A stretch of 64,000 nucleotides of DNA, taken from NCBI GenBank assembly GCA_051942205.1, contig JAVECO010000008.1:62001-126000 (forward strand). The letters are read 5' to 3'. The notes under the pieces are model-generated. The model ran no database searches and was not told the origin of the DNA. It saw only the letters and a list, made by a program, of their open reading frames with translations. The position numbers and the translations under genes were made by a program. Of the stretch, positions 1 through 10,639 are shown in pieces. Source of the stretch: Coniocarpon cinnabarinum (taxonomy: Eukaryota). Positions within the stretch are counted from its first letter, which is position 1. Each line of letters opens with the position of its first letter.

Positions 1-125
1 CGTTCGCCTGTCCGAACAAAGGCAAACGTGCCGAATACAGTCTCTTCCTGCGCATCGCCAAAGTCGACGAGCGACAGCAGTGCTACAATAAACTGCGCAA
101 GACGTCCAGGGCGGGACAACGCCAT
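1..125 (-). CDS. 5' end of a secreted histidine acid phosphatase-like protein (runs off the window)
   Basis: Manual minus-strand translation from ATG 125 gives MALSRPGRLAQFIVALLSLVDFGDAQEETVFGTFAFVRTGER. This is a signal-peptide-like segment followed by an RHGxRxP-like motif (RTGER). Not in the ORF track. Confidence 0.6.
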   Translation of the reverse strand, partial: MALSRPGRLAQFIVALLSLVDFGDAQEETVFGTFAFVRTGE

Positions 126-1237
126 AACTACAGTCAGTCGGCGATAACTTACACAAAGCTACAGCTGGAGAAGAGAAGAGAGCAGGGGGAAGCAAAGACA
201 CGAGGAAATGTCGAAGGCTGGGGCATAGCTATCTTGCTCAGACATATCCTGACCTCACCGGTCTAGCCGCATTGGCGTGCGTGTAAATGCAGATGTCAGT
301 CTTGCACTCATGCGGGGTTTATCGGGACGTTGGTCCACTGGCTCAACGAGACTTGCGAGAGCCTATTTCCCTGTTTTTTTGAACGCTATAACTTACGACC
401 TTGAAAGGCTATTTTCTACTGATCAAAACGATTCGACAGAGCTTCGACTTGCCGCTGAAGCGGCATTCTTGATGGGGGAAAGTGATACCCAGGAGCAGAT
501 CTGAGCTCCCAATTTGTACCCTCCGTACCAACGCTGAAACTCTCTAGTTCGAGAAGCTGATGAGAGGGATTTGACCTCTTCTTATCGCCGCTAAGGCCGA
601 CCTCGCCAAGGGTGGAAGCTACACAATGTCTTAGCAGCAAGGAGCTCCCAGCACTGATACAGTTGCCATACACTGGCAGTTTCACTTTGCACACCAGCAG
701 TCGTTGAAGTGTGTTGCGGAAGCGCTTTCGTCCAAAGTTTCCACACTCCCTAAGGCACGACATCGCGTGACCTTGTCCTAGTTTCGCCCTTCCAGGGACT
801 GTCAACCGTACGGCTGAAGGCTCTTTGCTCCTCCACTCTCGTCTACGCTTGCATACATGCTTTCCAAGGTTCAATTCTCTATCGAAGATACGTTTTTTTA
901 GGACTCTGTTAGGTATAGGTCAACACGCAACTCTGTTTGTTCTGCCGGCCCTGCGAAAGGTAAGAATGTAATGTATTGCATGGAGAATTCAAAGGCAGAA
1001 GAGGCTTCGTCAATGCATCAACAATTTTGCAATCACGCGCTCTTTGAGTGCTGACCAGGAGAGTCTTAGCTATTGCAACAGAAGGGGGGGCTATATCTGC
1101 ACACTGCTGACCGCAGTTGCTTTGCAAAGATTTGCGCCTTGAGAGTAACAGTGGTGGAAATGCAAACTGTCACGTGCAAATTATTCCTTCACGCTGTAAA
1201 GGCAAGCTCAGAACGATGCTCTCGTCTCTCGATTAAT

Positions 1238-3053
1238 TCAAGTCATGACCGCGGTTGCCATTTCTACTAAGCTTCCACGATCGGGAGGCTGAGTGGCGTC
1301 TGTTGTATGCGGAGGTGGCATTCGCGGATCATCCGGATTCGAATCTACATTCGGTGTGCTCTGTTCAGCAGCTTCTGCAGCGTTCAGCTGACTGCCAGCC
1401 ACTGCACCATTTTCCGCGTGTCTGGTCTCTACAATCGTCGTGTCCGCAAAGCCTCCTCCTCTCCACTTCTTCAATTCTCCGGTAACGTTTCTTAGTACTT
1501 CCGGTACCTCCATGCCATGCTTGACAAAAAAAAGCTTCATGTTCCTCGCCTTGTCCTTCAGCTGAACCTGATTGCGCCCTTTGAGAACGTCACTTCTCGT
1601 ACCATGCTCGCCGTATAGGGAGAGAATATCTCGCCAGTGTGGGCCACGTAGAGTTTCCAAACCCTCCAGCAGCGCATTCTCCTCATCTGTGGACCACACC
1701 CTACGATTTGAGAATACCGGAGAGGGCGGACGCTTGCGTTGAAGAGCACGATTTTGGGCTGCGAGGCGAGCAGAATCATATGACTCGCGAAGTGTTGCAG
1801 TAGACACTATTGAGGGAGACTGTGGAAGACGGACTGGAGCGATTGGTGTGGGCTGATGCAGAGGAGACTCGCGATATGTTTCGCAAGTGGCAAGCTCCTC
1901 TGAGCGCCGCTCACCTACTTCTGGACGCGCTTCGTCCTTGTGATTCTTGGCATCATCACCTGGGCTTTGCTCACTCTGCTCGGAAGCTTGGAACGCGAAC
2001 CTCATGGCTTCTTCTTGTCGTCTCAGGAATTCGTTGAAATGATCGTCACTGTCTTGATTTCTTGTTGGTTGCGGTTTTCCTGGTGCTTGAGAGCTGATAC
2101 TAAAACACGATTCCTGCGCGCCATTCACTACAACGTCATGACTTACTGTAAAGTCTGCGCTTTTATTCGACACTTGGTTGATTAGCTCAGACAGATGCTT
2201 ACATATGAGCAAGTGGAATTTGCTGCGGCAATAGCCCTTCACGTCGTTGATCTGCTCCTGAATCTTAAGCTTGTTAAGTTCTCCTTGGGCTTGTTTACAA
2301 CGACTGAGCAAAGTCTCGCTGGATGAAGTTGTAGAATCGTCTGTAAAGTCATCTTGAGGCTGTCTTTGGAACACAACATGAGACGCGATGGCAAAGTCGC
2401 CCAGGTACTCGTGAGTTGTATTCCGTTCCACCAGGCTGTCATCCATTGCGTTCAAGTATGAGACGACCATGTCCACCTGCCAGAGCATCACGGTGTCTGC
2501 AAAGGGTTGTACTAGTTCAAGGATTGCTCCTCGCATAGATTCGGGTGTAAGTGTGTCACTCCCATCAACAGACAACGACAGCAGCGCTAGAGCAGTCTTC
2601 CGGCGAATATGCTTCCTGTGTGTGTCTTCCTGCGTCCTAGCAAAAACGTACTGGAGTGCTCCATCCACCATACCGGCGCACTGTGCACTGTGGAGAAGTA
2701 CGTGACGCCAGTGATCATGAGTGCGATCGCTTTTTGGTCGGGTCTCATCTTCAAGGCCTGTTAGACGTTCGGTGGGGCATTTCCAAAGAGATGATAATAT
2801 CTCGTCGGCCTATCCAGGATCAGCCGGCTTGAACCTCTGATAATTTCCGATCTCCTACTGCAAGATCTGCGACTTGGAGGGCCCTTCGTGCAGAAGCTTC
2901 CTCTCCAAGACCATGGCTTTGGCCTCGCCAATCATCATTGAACGCTTCGTGAGATTCTTTCCTTCGCTTCAAGGGGCTATCGCTTCCCTGAGTGCTTGGA
3001 CTCGGACGTTTCTGCCCAATCAATGATTGAGGAGAATCTCTTTCTGATGTCAT
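1238..3053 (-). CDS. TBF1: Telomere-repeat-binding Myb/telobox protein (Tbf1/Trf1-like), 2 exons
   Basis: C-terminal telobox Myb RRVWSTDEENALLEGL..HWRDIL..LKGRNQVQLKDKARNMK. An intron at ~2858-2810 (GTAGGA..GCTGAT..TAG) joins ORF 2820-3053 in frame to ORF 1238-2671. Confidence 0.85.
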
Positions 3054-3234
3054 GTCTCATTATTGGCAATAAAATTCTCGAGAAAGCGAATTTTGAAGTT
3101 TGCTGTCCGCATATTCAACGAGCTCACAAGTAATGACAGAACCTTGATATACAGATATATCTGATTTTCTCTGTCTCAACTTCCAGCCTCATTGTATACC
3201 ATCACATGTGCAAAAATCAACAACCGCCTTAGTC

Positions 3235-3620
3235 ATGGCCAAAAATGCAGATGAGAAAGTCGAAAAGAAGTTGACGGACTATGTGACTCTTGTATCTTCT
3301 GATGGGTTCGAATTTCAAGTGCTTAGAAGTGCAGCATGCACATCTGGTCTAATTAAGCGCATGCTTGATCCCAACAGTGAGTCTGTGGCAGTCAGGTCTG
3401 TTGTCGTTCGTGCTCTGAGCCATGAATCTTAGACAACTTTGCTGAGTCTCGCACAAACCGCTGTACGTTTGAAAATATCAACGGCGTCATTCTCGAGAAG
3501 GTGTGCGAGTACTTTTATTACAATGAAAAGTATCGCCATGTGAAGGACGCGCCCGACCCAGACATTCCCCTGGAACTCTGCCTGGAGCTTCTCATGGCCG
3601 CGGACTACCTGAATACATGA
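3235..3620 (+). CDS. ELC1: Elongin C (Skp1/BTB fold), 2 exons
   Basis: YVTLVSSDGFEF..SGLIKRML | intron GTGAGT..TAG (~3377-3432) | FAES..ILEKVCEYFYYN..LELLMAADYL. Confidence 0.93.
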
Positions 3621-4047
3621 TACGAAGTTCATCAAATCGAGTTGAATGTGTTGGAACGTCCGTTCTGAAGCGCCTCAACGGTAATTGAACCTTCACAATC
3701 ACCTTTGCCATTTACTGCCTTTCGTACTCTGGAGCGCAAGCACTTTGTTACCAAGCTCAGTCGCAAATGATCAGACAATCGCCTAGATCTGGAGCAATTC
3801 TGTGTTGCTGACCTTTCATGGTCGATTGCGCACCACAAGCATATACGTCAATGTCGCTTCTGGCATGACCTGATGTCTATAGCTGGTGCAAGATTACTTA
3901 GAGGTGCTGATCTTCATCGATCTGCGCCGCCCTCGTTTTTCTCGTGCCGGCTCTGCTTTCTCCATGGGAATCGGCTCTGGTAGAAACGAGGACAGACCAA
4001 TCCCGTGGATAATTCAAGTAATATTCACCTACGAACATGGAAGCCAT

Positions 4048-5511
4048 CTACTTGTTCTTCAGCTTCCTCCTTCCACCCCCACCCTTCTTTCGATTCGCAC
4101 CACCAACACCGCCAAATCCACCATGATCAAAGAGCCTCCCTTCCAACGAGAACATGGCATCAGCTATGCGCAGGTAGCTCACGAGGCCTTCGTCCACGAT
4201 TGCTAAGAGCACATTGCGATGACCGTGCTTTAGTGCTGCGTATGTCTGTCCAATGCCTCTCCCGCCAGTCCCCGTTCCAGACTCTTTTCGTGGAGGATCA
4301 ATCGGCTGCTCGTTCAATAAAGATTCTAGTTCTGCAAGGGTTGGTAGCTTGGTAGTCCTTGCACTTACCACGGAAATGGTGAAGTCTGGTGGACCTGGAT
4401 CGCTTTTCTTGAAAGGTCTCGTCTGTCTAGGCTTGTACACATGCCATGTGCTGCTGTAAGTAGATTTGCGCTGATAGCCTTGCGTTGCTCCGTTGGCGGA
4501 AACGGGTGCTACGGAGGAAGGGATTTGGGCATTCATCGTGCGGAAGATGTCGTGGTAGGTGCGATATAAACCAATCTTTACCAGCGGACCTTTTTGTAAC
4601 CTGGTCTTATCCGCCTCGACCTCTCTACTCCGCGAAAAGTATATGTGACGCAACCACTCTAGCAGACCTCGTTGAGATCCATTACCGGGTAGTGCCTGTT
4701 CTTCATGCGTGGCTTTGCTAGAATGTTGCGACTTCCATTGGTTAGGGCCTTTCGGTCTTAAAACAATGAACCCTGAACGCTTGAGTCCAGCGTAGACTAT
4801 GTATTCCTCCATTGTGAGACGCCCTCCAATAGCATTACTATCGCTGTTGATAAGGGTGGCGTATGAAGCTTGCAAGCTCATAGGCAGCCCCAGCTCCTCT
4901 TTGCTATTTTGGTCGCCTCCATCTGCATCTTCGATTGACCGTCTCGGCGAGCTAGACGACGCTGCCGTTTTGACAGAATCCTGGTTCAAAGCTCGCGTAT
5001 TGGCATTTAAACGGAAACGGCAATCAAGACTTCCTCTCTCCAGAGCCCATAGCGCTTCTTCCCGCCTCAACTCCACCCCACCACCTGCAATATCCCTTCC
5101 AACATTGCCTAGCCAGTTGCCCTTGCGCTTTTCTACCTTGGTTAGACCTGTTGTCTCATCAAAGATACCTATCACTCTTGTCTTGGGTTGATGCAGTCTC
5201 AAATGAGTAAGAGCATCGTACATCGATTGTCTAGAAGTCTCAAGTGTGCTTGCCTGTAACTGTGTTGGATGTGGCTCAAAGTCCTTGAGACCCCGCTTTG
5301 GTAATGCGGAGCTACTTGATCTATGCGAACGGGATGCGAGCGCCACATAAGCCGGAACATCTTGAGGACGTGTAGGAATGCTGAAGGGATCGAGTGCTGG
5401 CACACCCGGTACGACAGCCGGAAAGGCTGGGTAATCTATGGTGGCCTCTTCTTCGCCTTCTGAGTCGTCATTCTGCCGTTGTCGCATAACATCTTCCGAT
5501 AGTGTTGCCAT
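4048..5511 (-). CDS. SEN54: tRNA-splicing endonuclease subunit Sen54
   Basis: KRGLKDFEP, EEALWALERGSLDCR, MSLQASYA, YIVYAGLKRSGFIV, FKKSDPGPPDF and LAIVDEGLVSYL motifs. 487-aa ORF. Confidence 0.9.
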   Translation of the reverse strand: MATLSEDVMRQRQNDDSEGEEEATIDYPAFPAVVPGVPALDPFSIPTRPQDVPAYVALASRSHRSSSSALPKRGLKDFEPHPTQLQASTLETSRQSMYDALTHLRLHQPKTRVIGIFDETTGLTKVEKRKGNWLGNVGRDIAGGGVELRREEALWALERGSLDCRFRLNANTRALNQDSVKTAASSSSPRRSIEDADGGDQNSKEELGLPMSLQASYATLINSDSNAIGGRLTMEEYIVYAGLKRSGFIVLRPKGPNQWKSQHSSKATHEEQALPGNGSQRGLLEWLRHIYFSRSREVEADKTRLQKGPLVKIGLYRTYHDIFRTMNAQIPSSVAPVSANGATQGYQRKSTYSSTWHVYKPRQTRPFKKSDPGPPDFTISVVSARTTKLPTLAELESLLNEQPIDPPRKESGTGTGGRGIGQTYAALKHGHRNVLLAIVDEGLVSYLRIADAMFSLEGRLFDHGGFGGVGGANRKKGGGGRRKLKNK

Positions 5512-5890
5512 GGCCTGCTCATCCTAACAATCCGGCCCTACGCGATTACATGTACTTGTCAAAAGCAGATTTCACAACTTGCCAGCAAAACTGCAATGCA
5601 GTGCGATCGTGCTGCACACTGCAAATGGGTCAAATTTTTGCGTTCGTATGAAGCGAATTTTGCCACGCGTTTGAATCCGGGTTTGTAACATTGATTCCCC
5701 GTCAACAGTCACCGTTGCAACAGTCAAATAGTGTACCGCAACAGAAGATACCGGTTTTGAACATTTCGATAATATCGAAAATAAGTCAATCACGAGTGCA
5801 ATGAGTATCTCTACCTACCTCTCGTTTGACACATATCAAAACTCCCTCGTTCCTCGGATATCAGCTCAGCTGCTTTATTTTACATTTGTA

Positions 5891-6196
5891 ATGGCAGCGT
5901 CGGACAGATTCCAGTACTTGCAACAGATTAAGCATTACAATTCTCTGATCAAATCGCTACAGTCAAGTCATCAAAATGCTCTAGCAACATTTGGAGCTGA
6001 TAGTGATCAAGCTCGCTTTTGTGGTGATATGCTCCAAGAAACGATCCGGGAAGCGCAGATCATTGGAGTGACGACTAGTGTCGAAGGGATTCAAGTTGAT
6101 GCGCAGACCAGCGTGTCAGCGACCACTGGCACAGATGATATTTCACTGGCGCTGGAAGAACTGAAAAGCAGCATGGCTAACGTAAGCATCGCCTGA
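5891..6196 (+). CDS. Hypothetical ~101-aa protein
   Basis: Open frame MAASDRFQYLQQIKHYNSLIKSLQ... with helical, protein-like composition, divergent from SEN54. No family recognised. Confidence 0.45.
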   Translation: MAASDRFQYLQQIKHYNSLIKSLQSSHQNALATFGADSDQARFCGDMLQETIREAQIIGVTTSVEGIQVDAQTSVSATTGTDDISLALEELKSSMANVSIA

Positions 6197-6633
6197 GTGG
6201 TCATTGACCCCGATCCTCTCATGATAGGAAATTGAAATCGCTTCGAGCTGAGAACTTCGTCGATGTGTGCAAGTCACCGGACTCCTGCTACGCAGATAAG
6301 ATACGCTTTTAGCAGCTGTCAAAATCAGACGAAAGCTATCGAGTCCTTCAAAAACATCAGCCCATATTACGAGACACGCCATCGCGTAAGCGCAACAAGA
6401 TCCTGTGACTGCAAACACTCCTGCCGCGAGGTACCGTGTGCCCAATGCGATGCGTCTGGGCTGGGGCGACAGCGGCACGGCAGCCCCTAAGCCATGTTCT
6501 TTTTGCAGCATACACGGAATGCCACGCAGTACCCTGAGCCACATCTTGGGGCCAAGACAGATTCACTGCGGATAAGTTCGGGGCGATCACCTTGACGTCT
6601 CCACCAACTCCGCCCTGTCTCAGCAAGTACACA

Positions 6634-8346
6634 ATGAATGGATCGCTCGCTCCAGCTTTTCGTCAGTCCATGGTGGATGCCCATGTCATACCGTCATGGG
6701 TTGACAACCAGCCTTTTCAAACCGCATCAAAAGACACATTCACCGTGATCAACGGCCAAACCGAGAAAACACTGCATCTTGCAGCAAATGCTAGCAAAGA
6801 TGTTGTTAATGCCGCGACGAAGTCATCATGGACAGCATTCCAGTCTTGGAGACAGTCGTCTCTGGCAGCGCGAAGAGATCTGCTTCTTCGGTTTGCAGAC
6901 GTGCTGGAGCAGCGAGCAGCCAAAATCATACAGAGCACAGTCGAGGAAACCTCATGTGATGCCTTCTTCGCTAGGCTCGGGCTTGGTGTGGCCATTGATA
7001 GGGTGCGTGAAACTGCTGCGCACGCCATGTCTATATATGGCACAGTGGTCCCAGGTCTTGATGATCCAGCGATACACGGCTTTGTCTATCGTGAAGCAGT
7101 TGGACCAGTACTTTTGATACCACCGTGAGTTCTGCTCCGTCTCACAGGCGCCGTGGAAGCATGCTGTAAAGGGGTCGGGTCATATCACGGATCAGCAAGC
7201 TTACCACTCGTGTCTTTGCAGATGGAATACACCGGTGTTTCTCGCTGCGCGCACCATTGCTCAAGCGGTTGCTGCCGGCTGTTCCGTTCTTCTCAAAGCC
7301 TCAGAGCTTTGTCCACGCACGCACTTCTTGGTCGTGGAGGCATTCAAGGATGCCGGTGCTCCTGCGGGTCTTCTTAACTCCTTGCAAGCCAAGCGTGAGG
7401 ACGCGGTGAGTATCACTGAGGCACTCATTGCAAGCAAGGCAATTCGAAAGATCGACTTCATTGGAAGTACAGCGGTTGGCCGCGAGATAGCGGCATTGGC
7501 TGGCAAGCATTTGAAGCCAGCCATTCTGGAGCTGGGGGGGAAGTGTCCAGCAATCGTACTTGAAGATGCTGATCTTGATTCGGCTGCTGCGCTGTGTGTA
7601 ACAGGAGGTGAGAGGCTCGGCGCCCGTCTCTTGTATGATGAGCTAATCTAACGCAGGGTTGATGTATCACGGACAGCTCTGCTTGTCCACAGAACGGCTC
7701 ATAGTGCACAAACAGGTTGCTGAGAAGTTCAAGAAAGCTCTCATCAAAGCCATTGAGAAGCAACCAGGTGGGCAAGGCAATGCTGTCAATGCTGCGTCAG
7801 CTCAACATGCATATGATGTCTTGAATGACGCAAAAAAGTGTGGCCACAAGTTTCTCTATGGCGACGCGAAGTTTGAAACTGCGACTACCCTTATGCCAGC
7901 AGTGGTAGAGTGCCCCAAGGGTTCTCGAATGGAAGATGAAGAGGTGAGCGGCTTTAAACAACCAACATCTTCAGGCAGGACGCTAATGCGCTTGCACAAG
8001 ACTTTCGGGCCTTCTATGTCCCTCTACGTGATTGACAGCGAACGTGAAGCCATTGACTTGGCTAACGCGTCTGAATACGGCTATGCTGCAAGCATCCACA
8101 CTCGAGACATGGACAGAGCAATCAAGATTGCTCGAAAGCTTGACTTTGGCATTGTCAATTGCAACAACCTGCAGTTCTTCACGCATGGTAAGCCTAAACG
8201 AAAACTGTACACGCAGCGTGTCACTGATGTTTTCAGCAAATGCTCCTACCGGCGGTACAAAGGCAACTGGATGGGGGAGATCAAATGGCATGTGGGGCAT
8301 TGGCAATTTTCTTGACGAGAAGAGCTTCACCTACAAATCGCCGTAG
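6634..8346 (+). CDS. Aldehyde dehydrogenase, salicylaldehyde/vanillin dehydrogenase-like, ~5 exons
   Basis: IPPWN across intron 7125-7220, KASELCP, FIGSTAVG, LELGGKCP, GQLC catalytic Cys, ETFGP after removal of an in-frame intron, GGTKATGWGRSN. Confidence 0.9.
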
Positions 8347-8893
8347 GCCATCCGGGTTCTGTCGAGCATATTGAAAGCGTGCTACTCTGTTTAGCTCTAC
8401 TGAAGTTAGTATGGCTGATTCCTTTGTACAACTCAGATTCGGAGACGGAAAAAAGTAGTCGATAGAGAAATGTGGCTTCTTGATTGATTCAATCCTCTGA
8501 AGCCCGCTGAGATAATGGTCTTGGTATGAAACATTTCTCTGGTGATTAAGATCCCAGCCTTTGCCTTTTGAGTTTCGAGAAGTTGTAGGTGACTGTAGGA
8601 TGACGGAAGCTACGAAGACTCTGCAAAAGACTGAGACCGAGTGAGATACCGTCAATCTAGGCTGTGTGGCGTTATGACCCTGCGTGCTGGGGTGGCCTAA
8701 TGAATCTGCTGGTCTTGGTGGCGGAAGTCTCACCTTTCCTATTTGGGAACGCGCTTCGTTACTCGATGGAAATATGACGGCGGTCTTCCAGTTGGTATAT
8801 TCAAGCTCACGTGCGCCAATTATACGACTGTCAAACAGCGCATGCGGATGAGACGCGCTCTCTGCGTGAAGCTGTAGATATCAGGGGCATATC

Positions 8894-10392
8894 ATGCCCC
8901 CTTCAAAGGCTGGGAGCGCTGCCTCAACAACGACCAACTTATTGCAACTACTGCCAAACTACACGGCTAGTACGCTACCGAAGCCGATTGTGGACCTGTC
9001 GGTGTCGCTCTATACGACCAGCAAAGTGAAGGCAGCGCTTCTCAAGAAGGATGAGGAGATTGCGAGAGAGTATGCCTGCTGTGTATTGGCCGTTGAACGG
9101 TAAGTTCAAGGTGTTTGTCATTAATAGCGATATGTGAGCTTCAAGGTCGGACAGCCTCATCCCTGCGCCGAGTGTTTGATGCAATTATCTATATTATGGC
9201 TCTTCATTCGCAAAACCCGCGTGTGCAGAGTCTCAAGGACGTAGCTAGCGACGGTCGGTCCAACAGGGACCGCACGTGTTCGCTTTTACAAAGTCTAGTC
9301 GAGCTCTGAGCTGCGCTCTCTATTGCGAGACGATGCCGAAACTAATCCACGCATAGGTCAAAAAGATCATTGAATCTTCCTGTTGACAAGCTCGAACCGC
9401 GACCACCAGTCCCACCACGTGTATTCGACCGGCTACTCCGCTTTCTCGACAAGGCCTTGTCCGATCCATCTGACACGCCTGCCAAGAAACGAGGTCGACC
9501 GCCAGGCAGCACTAAGGATCCAGCCAAGCGTGCTCGCCTCGAGGAGAGCCAAATTGATCCCGCACTGAGACCCGTAGGCTCAGCAGACACGTCAAAACCA
9601 AAGAGATCATCGCGAAAGCTCGCCCCACTGGAATCATTGAGCAATGTGTCAGAAGTTTCGTCGCTCCCTGGAGTACCTCGTTGGACATCGAAATACTTGC
9701 TACGTATTCGACCCAAGCTCCAGGAACTGATCTCTGAGCACGCTTGGAGCCGCATTCTGCATGATGAGAGCTTTCTACAAAGTGTAGTCCTAACTGGTGT
9801 GAGCGCCGTCCGAGAGCCTCAGCTCGGAGAACAGGCAGCTGACGGTGCACCTTCGAGTGATGATGGTCCAGCTGTTGTTGTCGCTGTGTTGACTGTCGTG
9901 CTGCTCTACCATCTTGGTCCTTCCGCTCTTGAGATTGCCGCCTTCACCAAATTTTGTATTCAGGAATTAGCTGCGGGAGGTGTGGTCAAGACGACTGCTT
10001 TCGGCAGTGTCGTAAGTGACGCACGCGACATGGTAGACGAGAAGCGAGATGAATGGCAGCAGACGCCTTGGTGTGTCGGTGAGCTCGCCGAGAGTCAGAA
10101 GAAACGGCCCACGTCCCGTGGCAACAGCGACGATGCACATGCACCAAATGAGCACGACGGTCGAGTGAGGCTTGGCTCGGCACAGCCAGCAGATGAGCTG
10201 CAACGGAATCACGACGGCGAAGCTGAAGATGAGACTGACCTGACAGAAGTACCTCGAAGTCGAGCTGGCCCGATGGCTCAAGCGCAACCTGACTTACTGA
10301 GTCCTAAACGAAAACGTGAGTACAAGCAGTGGAAGACCAAGACACTGAAGCGAGCAGCGGCTACTGAAAAACAGCAAGCAACAAGAGTTTAA
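8894..10392 (+). CDS. ORC6: Origin recognition complex subunit 6, 2 exons
   Basis: LKKDEEIAREYACCVLAVER | intron 9100-9356 | SKRSLNLP..EPRPPVPPRVF. C-terminal DLLSPKRKREYKQWK is typical of fungal Orc6. Confidence 0.82.
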
Positions 10393-10639
10393 GAGTCATG
10401 AATAGTTGTGCTTGACGCAACCCGATGCAGTGCTCTGCAAACCGCGAAAGGCTTCTGCCAGCACGCCCGTACTTGCAGGGCCCGAATCCGTACTAGGAGC
10501 TTACTGCCAGACTTGCGCTTCACCAAACGTGCAGCTCTAGGTGGAGAACTCGGCAACGAGTTCTTTCACTACTCCTGCTCTAGAAAGGGATTGGTTACGA
10601 TTAAATATGGTCTGGCATCAGAGCGTCATGCAAGCAGTA

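Noticed and set aside
416..1200. 152-aa minus-strand ORF and neighbouring fragments
   Set aside because: Non-ATG start and no family motifs. May be decayed sequence, but not supportable.
9100..9356. Possible stwintron (nested intron) in ORC6
   Set aside because: No internal acceptor whose removal would reconstitute a valid external donor.
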